DNA of 64,000 bases from Sphaeroforma arctica JP610 (taxonomy: Eukaryota): NCBI RefSeq assembly GCF_001186125.1, contig NW_014040418.1, forward strand, positions 15,688 to 79,687. The letters run 5' to 3'. Numbering within the stretch: the first letter of the stretch is position 1; every line of letters begins with the position of its first letter. This document shows, in pieces, positions 13,201-26,737 of the stretch. The notes beneath the pieces were generated by a model. That model made no database searches. It was not told the DNA's origin and worked only from the letters and a program-made list of their open reading frames with translations. A program made the translations under genes and the position numbers.

Positions 13201-16200
13201 CACTGCTACATGAAGTACAAGGGCTTTTCCCAGAGCGAGTGTGTGATAATGGAACATCTCATCGAGGCCCAGGCTAACCCGCGCACGGGCGGTGACTTGA
13301 CGGTCAAGCCACGCCGCGTAGGATGGGAGTTGGCGAATGTAAGGATGGGGATAGGGATAGGGATACAGATATGTTGTATATGGAACGTATCTTGAACATA
13401 TATAGAACGTATCTTGAACATATATGGATCGTATATTGAACGTATATAGAAAGTATATGGATCGTATATTGAACATATTTGGATCGTATATTGGACGTAT
13501 ATTGAACTACATGCAACGTATATGGAACGTTTTTGGAAAGTATATGGTCTGAATGTATATGCGTGCTTGTTGGGTCGAGTCTTCGCGTGCATGCGGGCTA
13601 GACACGTGTGTATCTCTATCTATTCATGCAGATGATATATTCATCTGAGGATACGGATAATATAACGTACATGTAGTAGGTAGTATATTTGTGTCCACGT
13701 GACTATCTACCAAGTGTACTGAACATAACGTTAAGATACAGATAATATAACGTACATGTAGTACGTGGTATATCTGTGTCCACGTGACTATCTACCAAGT
13801 GTACTGAATATAACGCTAAGATACAGATAAAATAACGCACATGTAGTTAATATAACGTTCATATAGTACGTAGTATATCTGTGTCCACGTGACTATCTAC
13901 CAAATGTACTGATACATGTGTGCAGCCGCCGGTTGACCGCGTGCGCTACATCCATGTCCATAAATCGGACACCCTTTTCTTTGCCAGCTATCCAGAAACA
14001 CCGACACAAACACACTCACTCGTATACCTGTACACTTACACAACACACTCACCCACACCGAGACGGCGGGCTGACATGTGTATGTATTGCATTGCTTTAC
14101 CTTACTTAAACCCCCCAAACCCCTAAAACCCTAGGCACCCCGAGAAGAGTTGATTGAACTAACACTCAACACAAACGTAACCCAACGACGCATCCGTGAA
14201 CGGCGTGAGCTGTCAGACGCCCAACGCGAAGTGCTGTTTCAGTTGTGCGAGTACATTGCGGTGGTGTCACGTGTGCGCTTGATCGACGAGGTCAGTGCCA
14301 CCAGCCGAAGTATTGCGGAAGTCAAGGTGTGTGTGTGTTTACGTATGCAAGTGTATGCGGATATGTATATGTATATTTATGTATATATATATATATTCGC
14401 ATATATTGTCTCAGCCGTGGATGCACATGGCTGTGGTGTCACGTGTGCACTTAATCGACGAAGTTGGTGCCACCAGCCATAGTCTCAAAACCATTGATAT
14501 ATGTGTATTATTGGCATTTCCCCGCCCCCCCCACACACACACATATATACATACCTGGATACTGTACATTCATTCTCAACTATAGAACCCGAACCTCCTT
14601 ACTTTCACACACATGTTCCCACTCTCACACACATGTTCCCACTCTCACACACACACACACACCCTCACTCAGCATCCGCGACTCTTCACCCCTCACCCCT
14701 ACAGGCTTTGCTGCATGAGCCTAAGTCGGATGTGTTGCGTGAGATGTGTAACATGGTGTCGTCTGCCACAGTCAACGCAGACGCACGGCAGTCGTTTGTT
14801 GAGCTGTGCACTGCTTTGGATGAATATGTGAAGAAAAACACAGGCAGCTCAGAGAAGGAGGCCAAAGCAGTCACTAAGATACGCTACTTCTACCGGTAGG
14901 TGCATGGCCTATGCTACAGTTTATGTACGTGTAGATGTTGTTTTACGAATATGTGTGTATGTATGTATGTATGTATGTATGTATGTATGTATATGCACAT
15001 ATACATGTAGATGTCTATATATTTGTATATTTACATCCCCATTTGCCCTTCCTTACCACATGTTTTACGAATATAGGTGTCTGTATGTATATAGGTATGT
15101 ATGTATGTGTATATGTACATATACATGTAGATGTCTATATATTTGTATATTTACATCCCCATTTGCCCTTCCTTATCACACACAGGATCATCCACACAGC
15201 GTTCCGTCGCGTGGTGCTGCGTGAGCTGTGTCTGAAGGTACAGCAGGTCAATCCGTTGCCACTGCCTGATCCCGATCAGATCACAGTCAACATAGAGATG
15301 CAGGTGTCACGTGACAAGATTGCCTTTCTCTTTGGCCTTAGTAGTAATCAGGTATGTTGGCTCTATTTATGGACATGTTCTATTTATAGATGGCCTATGC
15401 ATAGGTGTGGTATCTGTGCTCGTCGTGTGTTTGGTGTGGATGTCCACGGAAGTGGTGTCGATGGCGAAGCGCGTACGTGCGGAAACCCCTTTGGTTTTTG
15501 TCGGTGTTGTGAACTAAATGCAGTGAGTGGCGTAAGTTGATGTATGTATTTAAACACAACGATAGATGCTATGTATACATCGATAAATGCAGGATCTGTT
15601 GATGGAGGCATGCAGCTGCGTACGTATTATGGTGCATATTATACATTTGTATTTCCGTATTCCTGAGCACGTACACATACACGCATGTACATACACACCG
15701 TCTTGCACGCATGTCCACATACACATACGCACACATATCCACACATGCATACATATACACTCATACCTTCATACACACACATACACAGCTGGGACGCATC
15801 CTGCACGATTATCTGCGTGGTCAAATAGTGCGAGAGGAGATCGTGGGCCTTAAGGAAAGCACGCAAGTGGAATCGGATGAAGACTCGGAGGAGAGCGTCG
15901 CCTTCTTCAAACGCCTGTCCAGTGGCATGTTCTTCACAGTGCCGGCCATGCTGGATGTGTTGCTGATTCTGTTTGTGCAGTCGGGTATCTTCAGGTGCGT
16001 GTGGGGGTTGGAGTCTCTGAGCGTGTGCGTCTGAGTTGTTGTTGGGAGTGTATGTCTGAGTTGTTGTTGTATGGTTGTATGCATTGCTTGAGTGTTAGGG
16101 TTTGTGGGTTTTAGAGTTCGGGGGTTAGGGTTTTGGTGCGAGCGTCGCTGTGATTCAAGAGCCTCTCGGATTGGTGTCGGTTAATATGGGCTGCTTCCAA

Positions 16201-19200
16201 GCAATACAATATGATCGACCATGCCGCAAAATCCAACATAAATTGAGACATGACACTGTTATGTCTAATGTCGTGTGTACAGTAAGGAGTCTGCTCTCTC
16301 GAGTGTAAGGAGAGCTACCTACATGTTAGTGTACAGTGTGGAGTCTGCTCTCTCGAGTGTAAGGAGAGCTACCTACATGTTAGTGTACAGTGTGGAGTCT
16401 GCTCTCTCGAGTGTAAGGAGAGCTACCTACATGTTAGTGTACAGTGTGGAGTCTGCTCTCTCGAGTGTATGAAAAGCTACCTACTTCACTCTCTCTCGAG
16501 TGTATGAAAAGCTACCTACTTCACTCTCTCTCGAGTGTAAGGAGAGCTACCTACATGTTAGTGTACAGTGTGGAGTCTGCCCTCTCGAGTGTAAGGAGAG
16601 CTACCTACATGTTAGTGTTCAGTGTGGAGTCCGCTCTCTCGAGTGTAAGGAAAGCTACCTACTTCCTCCTACACGTACTCGAGAGAGGGGGCGAGCTTAT
16701 CGCTATGTTTTGGATCTTTTTTAAGTCCTTTGCTGATGACTTCGGATAGTCCTTTATTTCATTTCCCCCAGGCCAATCCAATTTGAAACATAGCCCAGCC
16801 CTATTTTATATTATATTGCAGTTCCTCGCTGATGACTACAGATAGTCCTTCATTTCATTTCCCCCACGCCATTACAATTTAAGACATACCCAGCCCTGTT
16901 TTATATTATGTTGCAGTTCCTCGCTGATGAGTAAGAATGCAGTGAACGTCGTCAACCTGACGTTCCTAATTGTCTTCACTGTCATGGGCGGAGTAGCCAA
17001 CAGTATTGCGCGTGTGTGCAGCTACTACTTCAGTCAGTACTCTATCCCCCTCATGCTGGCGTCCTCCATGCGAAGGTATGTCTACGACACAGGTACTGTG
17101 TGGGTATGTATGCGTGTTCGAGTGCGTGGTTACTCTATGTTTGTGTGTGTGTGTGTGTGTGTGCGTGTGTGTGTGCTTGAAGATCCCTGTATACCGCTCG
17201 AGATTATACATATATTTAAGAGCATGATTCTGTCTCGTTGTGGATGGTGTCGTCAGGCAATAGTCAGCTACACCCCACTAATTCGAAACTAATTCAAACT
17301 AATCCAACTACGTATTAATCTCAGAATTACTGGAGGGCTGCTGTTTGCGTTATTCTGGTCGGTTGTGGGTGGGGTCGTTGTGGCAGTGATCACTCCTGAG
17401 GCGCCATGGTGGGGCTTGATGTGCTTCTTCTACGTCTTCACCTTCTCCGTGTTCTTCATGTTCATGTCCAGTAAGTCTCGATATGTGTGTGCATGTGTAT
17501 GTGTGATATATGCATATATGTGTATGTTTTGTTTTATTTTCTGTTTATAATCTGTGTATGTGTCATATCAGTTTGTTTTGTCATTCGTACATATATCATA
17601 CTATTATGTGTTCTATATACATATGTGCGTGTCTTGTTTTATTTTATTCTGTGTTATTTTCGTGTATGTATCATATCATTAAGTGTTACAATTCGTATAT
17701 ATGTTTTTCCATTATGTGTGCATGCAAGTTTCATACACCCGTGTACCTGCGAATGTATGCCGTTTCCCAGCTACTGGGGTATTCCTCTACGTCCGGTCAA
17801 TTTTCTATTGAACCCTATACACAAACAATGAAACGTATATCAATCCGTACGTGCATCAACAGGATATATGTACTTGTGGTCCGTTTGTAGAGCGACAGAG
17901 TATCAGACACAGCACAGCCCACTCAGGACACCCCACATATGCTACACACGTACTTAGGGTTTAGGGTTTTCTAAAGCATATCTGCGATAGAGACTATTAC
18001 GCGCACGCACGTGATGCGGTGGATACTGTATTTTAGGGTTTCTGGTTTTAGGGCTTAGACACGCACAACCGCCTTTCAGTAGGTGCGTGGTAACAACTGC
18101 ATGTCCAAACACACACCCGTGTGCGTGTGTGCGTGTGTGTGTGTGTATACTCAAACCACACACACGTGAACATATACATAGACACACATGCATGTTATGC
18201 ACAACATATCAACCCAATGAACCCCTGCTGACCTGTGTCTGTGTCTCCTTTCCTCTGCCCAGCTCTCTTTATAATGCAGACGGGCACAGACTTTGTGCTG
18301 AAGGGAAAGGGCCCCCGCGCAGTCTTCATTGCCCTGCTGCTGCTAACTGTGCCGTGCATTGTATGTAATCGATCGACACTCCTCTTTATTTGTCCACTAC
18401 TACATGGTCGTGGTTGCTGACCAAGGATATAGGTGCAGGTAGTTTATATCTACCACTGGTGCATGATCAAACTTGTTTATTGCTCCTCTTTATTTGTCCA
18501 CTACTACATTGTCGTGGTTGCTGACCAAGTGTATCGGTGCAGGTAGGCTATATCTACCACTGGTGCATGCTCAAAGTTGCTTACTGCTGCTCTTTATTTG
18601 TCCACTACCAGATCGTCGTGGTTGCCGACAAAGCATTTCATTACAGATTCCCCTTCGATGTGATCTTCATCTACTACGGCTTCATGGTGATCTCCACTAC
18701 CTGGCTGATGTATTCGTTCAGAAGCAATGCCGAGGACTGGCTGCAATGGCCCAACTCAATCCAAATCACAAAGGTACGAGGAAGAAGAGGGTTATATGCA
18801 TTCTAGTGTACACTGTGCGTCCAGTATTAAGTTATATATATTATGTATGTATGTATGTGTAGCATATATATAATAATGCATTTTAATTGCAAAGGTGTTG
18901 GCGTTAGGTGTATACATTTCATAGTATATCGATTATCGAGATAGCCTACAGCACGAAAATCACGATGAATATATATATATATATAAGAATGTGATACCTA
19001 CACACACTCACAATATTTTTGGAACATCCATGCACTCTGTTGTACCTTAACACCAACACACACATGCACACAGATACTTAGTATTGCACTGTACAGCGCC
19101 AAAATCACGACGAACATATCATCACGCATGTTTTTAATCCTGTGTTTAATTACATATACATTGGGTTTTAGGGTTTAGCAAACCCCCTAAACTCTAGAAC

Positions 19201-21812
19201 TGTGTCATCCCACTCAACGCCCAATTCCTCTGAACTCCTGCTCACCCACTCACTCACCCACCCACGCAATATGTTCTCCTGCACACAGACACTCACTCAC
19301 CCACCCACCCACTCACTCCTCAGGTGTCCAGCATTGAAGAAGCCTACAGCACTAAAGTCAAACGGCCCGTGCGCCGTCCCGAGGAGTCTATCACGGACCA
19401 CGGCAAACGTGTTAAACGTTTTGAGAAGCGTGCGCGTACGTTCTTTATGCAGGCGGTATACGATCGGTTGGACAAGGAGAAGAAACAGTGGTTCCTGCCC
19501 TCACGCTCATACAAGGAAGGCAGCCCTATGAAGGTAGGGACGGTGTACGTGTGGGACACTCAACTGTTTATGGTATGGCCATAGTCATAGTCATTTGCTT
19601 TCAAGTTCTTCATATATTCTGTCATATTCTTTTATATTATTTCATATTATTTCATATGCAAATATTTATTGAGATTAAAATTACATCTGTATTTAATTAT
19701 CTGTGCATGGGTAGTTTTCGCCCTATCCGCGTAGTGGGTTGGTGCGTGGCTGCATGTTTTGTGTATTTCTCTGTTTAATATGTCAAGTTTCAATTCGTGC
19801 ACTCATTCACTAGCCCTTTCTCAGTCTCCATACAACGTATTTAATACATAGTCGCCATTCCTGGTTATTTTTCCACTACCAGATCGTCGAGGAGAGATGT
19901 GGGCAGACCAAATCGGAGAAGATTTTGATGAATTGGTATCTCATGCGCACTGGTCAGGACAAGCCATTGTACGCATCCTTCCAATGGGATGTCCTTCTCA
20001 AGCAGGTGTGTATGTGTGCACTTGGGCTCATATCTCTATGCAACTGGTTTAGGGTTTGTAAGCTGGTGATTTGATTTTACCTACAAGTAAAAGTCAGTGG
20101 CCATATATGTGCATATGTCAATGTGTGTCCATGCCCATATCATGTCAATGTCGTGAATGGAAGTTTCGCCTTTCCTTCCGCAGACCCTCGTTGTCTCCAG
20201 ACAATGTGGTGCTGCGTGTGCGCTATTCAACGAATGCAGTATCCGTTACGTTTATATACTTATACAGATGCGTTACGTTTCTATACGTATACAGTTGCGT
20301 TATGTTTCTATACGTATACAGTTGCGCTACGTTTCTATACGTATACAGATGCGCTACGTTTCTATACGTATACAGATGCGTATGGAAATGTTTTCATAGT
20401 GACGCATGTGGGAACGTGTTCATAGCGTATGTTGCTTGTGTATGTCCTGCAGGCCTCCAACACATCATGTTTCTATTTTGTGTTTGTATTTGCATTCAAA
20501 TCCCTATCCCCGTCGCCATTCCTCCTGCCCCAGGCGCTGGGTGAGATCCATAAGAAGTTTTCTGTGGAGAAGTTGAACCGTGGGGGTCTGCTGTATGACT
20601 TCGAGGGCCAGGCTATTCTGTTTGGGTGGATGTACTTCTTCATGATCTTCATCGATCGCTGGTGCTCTATCTTCACCGGCAACGGCATCTTTGTGTTCAT
20701 TGCAGGTATGGGAGGGTAAGCCTCATTTTTGGCCTCGAAACGGCCTTCTCCTCGTTCCTGTTTTATTGTCCACTATGCACGCACGGGTGCTGGCTTTCGA
20801 ATCAATCGATTCCTTTCTCACTTGCTCTTCCACCTCCCGCAGTTATGACCACTACACACACTCGATCGTAAATAGTGAGTGCTCGTACGGTTGCGGGTGT
20901 TTTACTATGTACATGCACACACACCATAGAAATAGCCTTTTTCAGCGGCTGCCGTTGACCCTGCAGGCAACTCACGCGCGTGTCTCGCTGTGCACTCCAT
21001 TCCTCCTTAATTGACCACTGCACAGACTCTGCGATTGGAATCGAGTACTCGTACGGCATTGGATGGGCCACTGTGTACATGCTGTTGTCGGCGGGTACCT
21101 TTGAGCTGAATCTGAGTTCCATTTCCATCGCCGAGCGCTCGTGGCTGAGTGTGCGATTGGGCGCAGAGAAAGCGGAACAGGTACACCTCACACCTCACAC
21201 CACAGTGTATGAATTAGAGGGGTGCATGCGTCAACCAGAAGGAACTGTGGGAGGGAACTACAATGAGCTATATTAGGCAATAGAATGACCTATATTAGGC
21301 AACTATAATGATCTATAGTGTGTGTGTGTCTATTAGTTACGTATACTGATAGATTCGTGTTTGTTTCGTATATCTGTGTATGTACTGCATATACAAATTA
21401 ATCTAGTATATATCTTTGTGTGCGTATCAAGTGGTTTTGTTCAAACTAATGGACTCTGTGTCAGCCATCATCCTGGTGACAACTGAGCGGTTGCTAAGGT
21501 GCGCTGATGGTGGCACAAACACGGCACCAAATGTTGCACGGTGAATGATGATGCAACGAACCTCCAGTTTGTTCTGGTGTGCATACATACAAACATACGC
21601 TCGTTTATAGTCAGAAGTACTTCCTAAGAATACGCTCGTTTATAGTCAGAAGTACTTCCTAAGAATACGCTCGTTTATAGTCAGAAGTACCCCTAAGAAA
21701 ATCTTATATCAACAACGCACACTGACCACTCGCAAACAATCACCCCATCCATACACAGCCAATGCACACACCGATTGACAAAGCAAAACACACATCTACA
21801 CATGTATACACA

Positions 21813-21850
<38 letters not shown>

Positions 21851-24800
21851 AAATTCCTAAACTACTTACACCCCTAAACTCTACACGAACACACACACAC
21901 ACACACACAACTTATGAACTACTTGTCAAGCACACACCGATTACTAATACAACACACACACATACACATACAGCTGGTAGAATCACGTAAGGCGCAGAAG
22001 CATCGGTTCTATCGTGCTGAGCTGGCACGCTTCTTCACAGCCATCTCCATCGTCTGTTGCATCACCACGGCTTTCATGATTGTGCTCAAGCCCAGCAAGG
22101 GCATTGACGCGTACAAGTACTACGGCATTGGAGTACTCTCTTACTCTGGTATGTAAATCTTAATTCCAAAATGTGGAATTTAGAATCTTGTATGTGCACG
22201 TAGTGCATATGCGATGCTGACCATGGTTATTGTGCTGTGTCTCCCCATCGAACTCGTGGTAGTCTTTGCCCCGCTTAGGGGCACCAATGCTTTGGCTTTC
22301 TGTTGTATCGTATCTCTCCTATGGACGTCTCTATCCCACGCAGCTCATACCCATACGCTCTCAATACGAAATACACCCCCTACAATCCCTAATCCCTAAC
22401 CCCCCCCCCCTACTCCTACCCAGGCTTGCTGCTGGGTCTCTTCCACAAGCTGTTCCTGGCCCCCAAGGAAGGCGCCATCAACGCGTGCCTGTTCACGGGC
22501 ATTGTGGTGGGGTTGTTGGTAGGTATAGTGCTGACCATCTTCCTGGGCTCTGTGTGGAGTCTGTCTGCCCTCACTGCCGGGTCGTGGACCTTTGGCATTC
22601 TGGTCATGTTCCTCTACAAGTATGTGGCAGTGTATACTTGAGTGAGTGTTATTGGTACAAGTATGTGGCAGTGTATGCTTGAATGAGTGTCGGTGGTGGA
22701 TATGTGGTTTAGGGTTTTAGGGTTTTAACCCCTAAACCCTGTATAGTAGTATGCCCATACCTACCTATGTTGTATGACTCGTGTTCTTATCATTCACTTG
22801 GTCATAACAAAGGAATAGCCGTGACATTGGTGTGCCTTGAGGTGTAGCACTATCGCCCACGCTCATAACTTCATGGCAAGCCTTCAGTGGTACTGTATAT
22901 ACAGTATCTTTCTATGGATGTATTTACTTTTATATATATATATATCACTTATGTATATATATATATATATATATCACTTATGCCAACGTCGTCTACTCGA
23001 ATTTACCTACCACTCAGGCGAGAGATCCGAGTGCACCGAGGTGTGGCCCTGTCCCCCACTCTCATGTCTTCGGGACAAGAGTGGTATGGTGTGGATGGCG
23101 TGGCTGGTGAGCAGAATGTCCGAGATCGTGTCCTCAAACCTCTGCTTAAGGACCGGTCCTCACGCCTGCAGATCAGGCCAGACCAGGTGAGAATGACTGC
23201 TTATCTGTGGGTTAATTTGTGCCTGTGTGTACATGCAGAGACTGGACCTGCTGTTTACTGTGTGTGTCTGTGTGTTCTTATATGTAAAGTAGCTATGCCT
23301 GGTTTGTGTGTGTTTGCGTGTTCTTATATGTAAAGTTGTGTATGTAAGTAGGCCATCGTATATCCCATGCACCTTTTGCCTCTGTACTTTGTCCACATAC
23401 CCCTCGCACTTTGTTCACATCCGGCTGTCCCATCTCTTCGGAGTTCGGTACCTCCTACTAACACGCACTCCTCCCCTTGCTCCTTCCACAAAAGGCAATC
23501 GGCAAACAGGCGGTCGAGATGATCCGCAACACCGCCGCCCATTATGACTCGTTGCCCTCCGTAGTCAAATCCGCCTATCCCAATGGCGCCAGGTCACTCA
23601 GTACTATCGCCGATGCGCTGGAACGGGGCAAAATCAAGGCATACATGGTGCTACACACCAGTCTGTGGGTAGATAAGGACCCCCTAAACGCACAGGGGTA
23701 CTCAGCCCTGAGTGAGTATGACATGGCTAAGGATAGGCTCAGAGTGTTCATAGCCACTCCTTCAGGTGAGTGGGGTGCGAGAATGTCGATACACGTACAT
23801 TCACATGCATACATGCACACACTCGCATATCCGTTTAAATACGCAGAATAAACACGCACACACCTATCAAACACCTGGGGAACCTCTATACACTGAGTCA
23901 TGTTAACGTACGCACACTCTCACGCACACTACACACACGCCAACCCCTCTCCCCACCCCACCCAGGCGGAGCGGCCGATATCATGGTACAGATAGTAGCC
24001 GAAGCCATCGTCCACGAGTACATGGAATCGTTTGGCATGTCACACAACCATGCCACAGTGTCGGAGATACTGCTGGACGACCGCGTGCGGCTACCTCAGC
24101 GTGTGTCGTATCACATCGCAACAATGAACGGCAACGCTCTGGTGGATGTGAAGGCGAGCTTTGGCGCCAATGTGTTCAAGGAGGCGCTGCTGCTCGTGGA
24201 TGTGGCGACGGAATGGCAGAAGGTAGGGCGAGTGGTGTGCAGAACTGTGTGTGTGTATGCAGAGATGTTTATTTATATATATATATGTGTGTATGCAGAG
24301 ATGTTTATTTATTTATATATATGTGTGTATGCAGAGATGTTTATTTATATATATATGTGTGTGTGTGAGTGTGTGTGCGTGTGTGTATTTATGGGTATGT
24401 GCTGCGGGGATGCGTGTGAGTGTGCCGCCTATGTGAATCTCCTCTCAGGACACTGTGGTGGTGGTAAGCCACGTGATGATTGATTGTCTGAGATGGGATA
24501 CGCGTATGACATGAATACATAAACTGTTCATTTTATTGCAACCTGGGACAACGTTGTCCATTTTATTGCAATCTGGACAACGTTGTCCATTTTATTGCGA
24601 TCTGGACAGAGGTCTCCGTATTATTGTGTTCTGGACAAAGGTGTCCGTTTTATTGCGTTCTGGACAAGGGTGGTGTCGGTGACATCTCAGGGGACCACTA
24701 GGTGTTTCTCTCGACAAATACGCGCACGTGTGTGTATGTTTATTTGAATTTGGTTGGCATGCGTACTTGTTATTTAGTATTTGCAATTGGGCTGATCTGT

Positions 24801-26705
24801 ATCCGGGTCGTACAACATGTATGGGTGACATAGCCAAAACTTTAAACCCTATCGTTCAGTACACTTGACCGATGTTCTTTTCTCACTCACTCACACATAC
24901 ACTCACATACCACCCACCCAAGCATATATATATATATTCATATATTTATATACCCATTCCATCTCTTGCGCCCATCTTCACAGGTGCCAGAGAGCATTCG
25001 CATCTTCATTGTGGACTACTGTCTGCAGTTCTATGATCTGGTGCACAATGTCATCAACACACAGACAATTGATATGCGGCAACTGCCCTCCACCAGCAAC
25101 ATATCAGCCAGTGACATGGTCATGTACCGGTCCATGGTAGGGGGCACCCCAGGCGAGGAGCTCGAGACGGTGGAGAGTCAGGTGTGGGTTGTTTACAAAT
25201 GCTTTTAGGTGAATGTCTTTGATATATGTGTATCTATATCTATATGTATATAAGGCTATATATACATATATATATATAATATAATATAAATAGTTAGTTA
25301 GTTAGTGAGTTAGTTAGTAAGATACCCCACCCACTAACCCATGCCCATGCCACACAGATTGAGTCGAGTGTAGCTCGGTCGTGTCTGGGGTATGAGCTGT
25401 CGCTGCGGGTGAATGAAGTGGTGGACATAATGTTGGACCAGTTGACGCCTCAGGACTTCTTCTCACCGCACGATGTGCTGGAGGATACCTTCTCCGATGA
25501 TGTGTCTCTGGCCTATTCGCAGTGGTTTATGTACCGCCTCAATAACTTTTTCAGGTAGGTAGAGCGGCTGTGTATATCTATATATTATATTATATTATAT
25601 TATATATATAAATATATATATGTGTTTAGTTGTTTAATTGTTTAGTTATATAGTTATATCACCTTCCTTTCCTATTACCAACACAACAACACATAGTCTC
25701 CCACCGCACCTTCTCATACCACCTCTCCTGCACAGGTTGACGTTTATGGCCTTTACTGCGGACCCTCGCATTGGGCGTGAGATGTGGTTTGGTGAGTGCT
25801 TGCCTGCATGGTTGGCCCATCTGCTTCTACCTACACTCCATGCTACAGCCCGTCACATTCTGCTGAGGATGGAGCTCACCTTCTTACTCAGGTGTGTGTG
25901 CGTATGTGTTGATGTGTGTAGGGTGATGCAATGACGGATAGCAAGCCTCAAGTCATTAGGTATGCATATATGTTATGTATATATGGTAGATATGTATATA
26001 TGATAGATATGTATATATGATAGATATGTATATATGTATATATGTATATATGGGATGTGTGTGTATAGTCATAGTAATAGCCATAGTGCCTCGTACCACA
26101 TAGTGTATATAGGGATGTGAGTATATAGTCATAGTCAAGGGTAGTGTGAGGTATTTGTGCTAGGTCCATACAACCACCCCTGGACACATACCATACACCT
26201 GTACCTATTCCGTTAAAACGTGAATGCCTATGTACTAACCCCTGTACAACCACCCTGTCTCTGTCCTTGTCCTTACTATACACTCCCCGGTCTCACACAG
26301 ATCAAACGTTAAAACGTGCATGTCTATGTGCTAACCCCTATACAATCACCCTGTCTCTGTTTTTGTCCTTACTATACACTGCCCCGTCTCACACAGATCA
26401 AACTTTAAAAGGTGCATACTATATACGAACCCCAGTACTACCACCCCGTCCCTGTCCCTGTCCTTACTATAAACTCCCCCGTCCCCTCAGATCAAAACAC
26501 GTGCAACACTTCCTGTCACGCACTCGTCGTGGGTTGAACCGTGAGATCTTCAACCTACAGAACCTACTCAGCAGCAAACCCAAGGACCCCTGCTACATCA
26601 AGTACTACGACGCAGAGGTGCCCCTCACGGCCTTTGTGCAGCCGCCGAATGCTGGGGCTGTCAAGTATGTCCACTGAGACATGTTTATTTGTTTATATAA
26701 GTATG

Positions 26706-26737
<32 letters not shown>

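Larger units (their letters stand above)
15789..22619 (+). other. Polytopic transmembrane block of the giant gene (exons 18-28)
   Basis: Many hydrophobic segments of helix length, e.g. [143 protein letters not shown]. Confidence 0.85.

Noticed and set aside
20706..20721. Stronger-looking GTAAGC donor at 20716 for exon 25
   Set aside because: It gives phase 2, whereas exon 26 needs phase 1; the GTATGG donor at 20706 keeps the frame.
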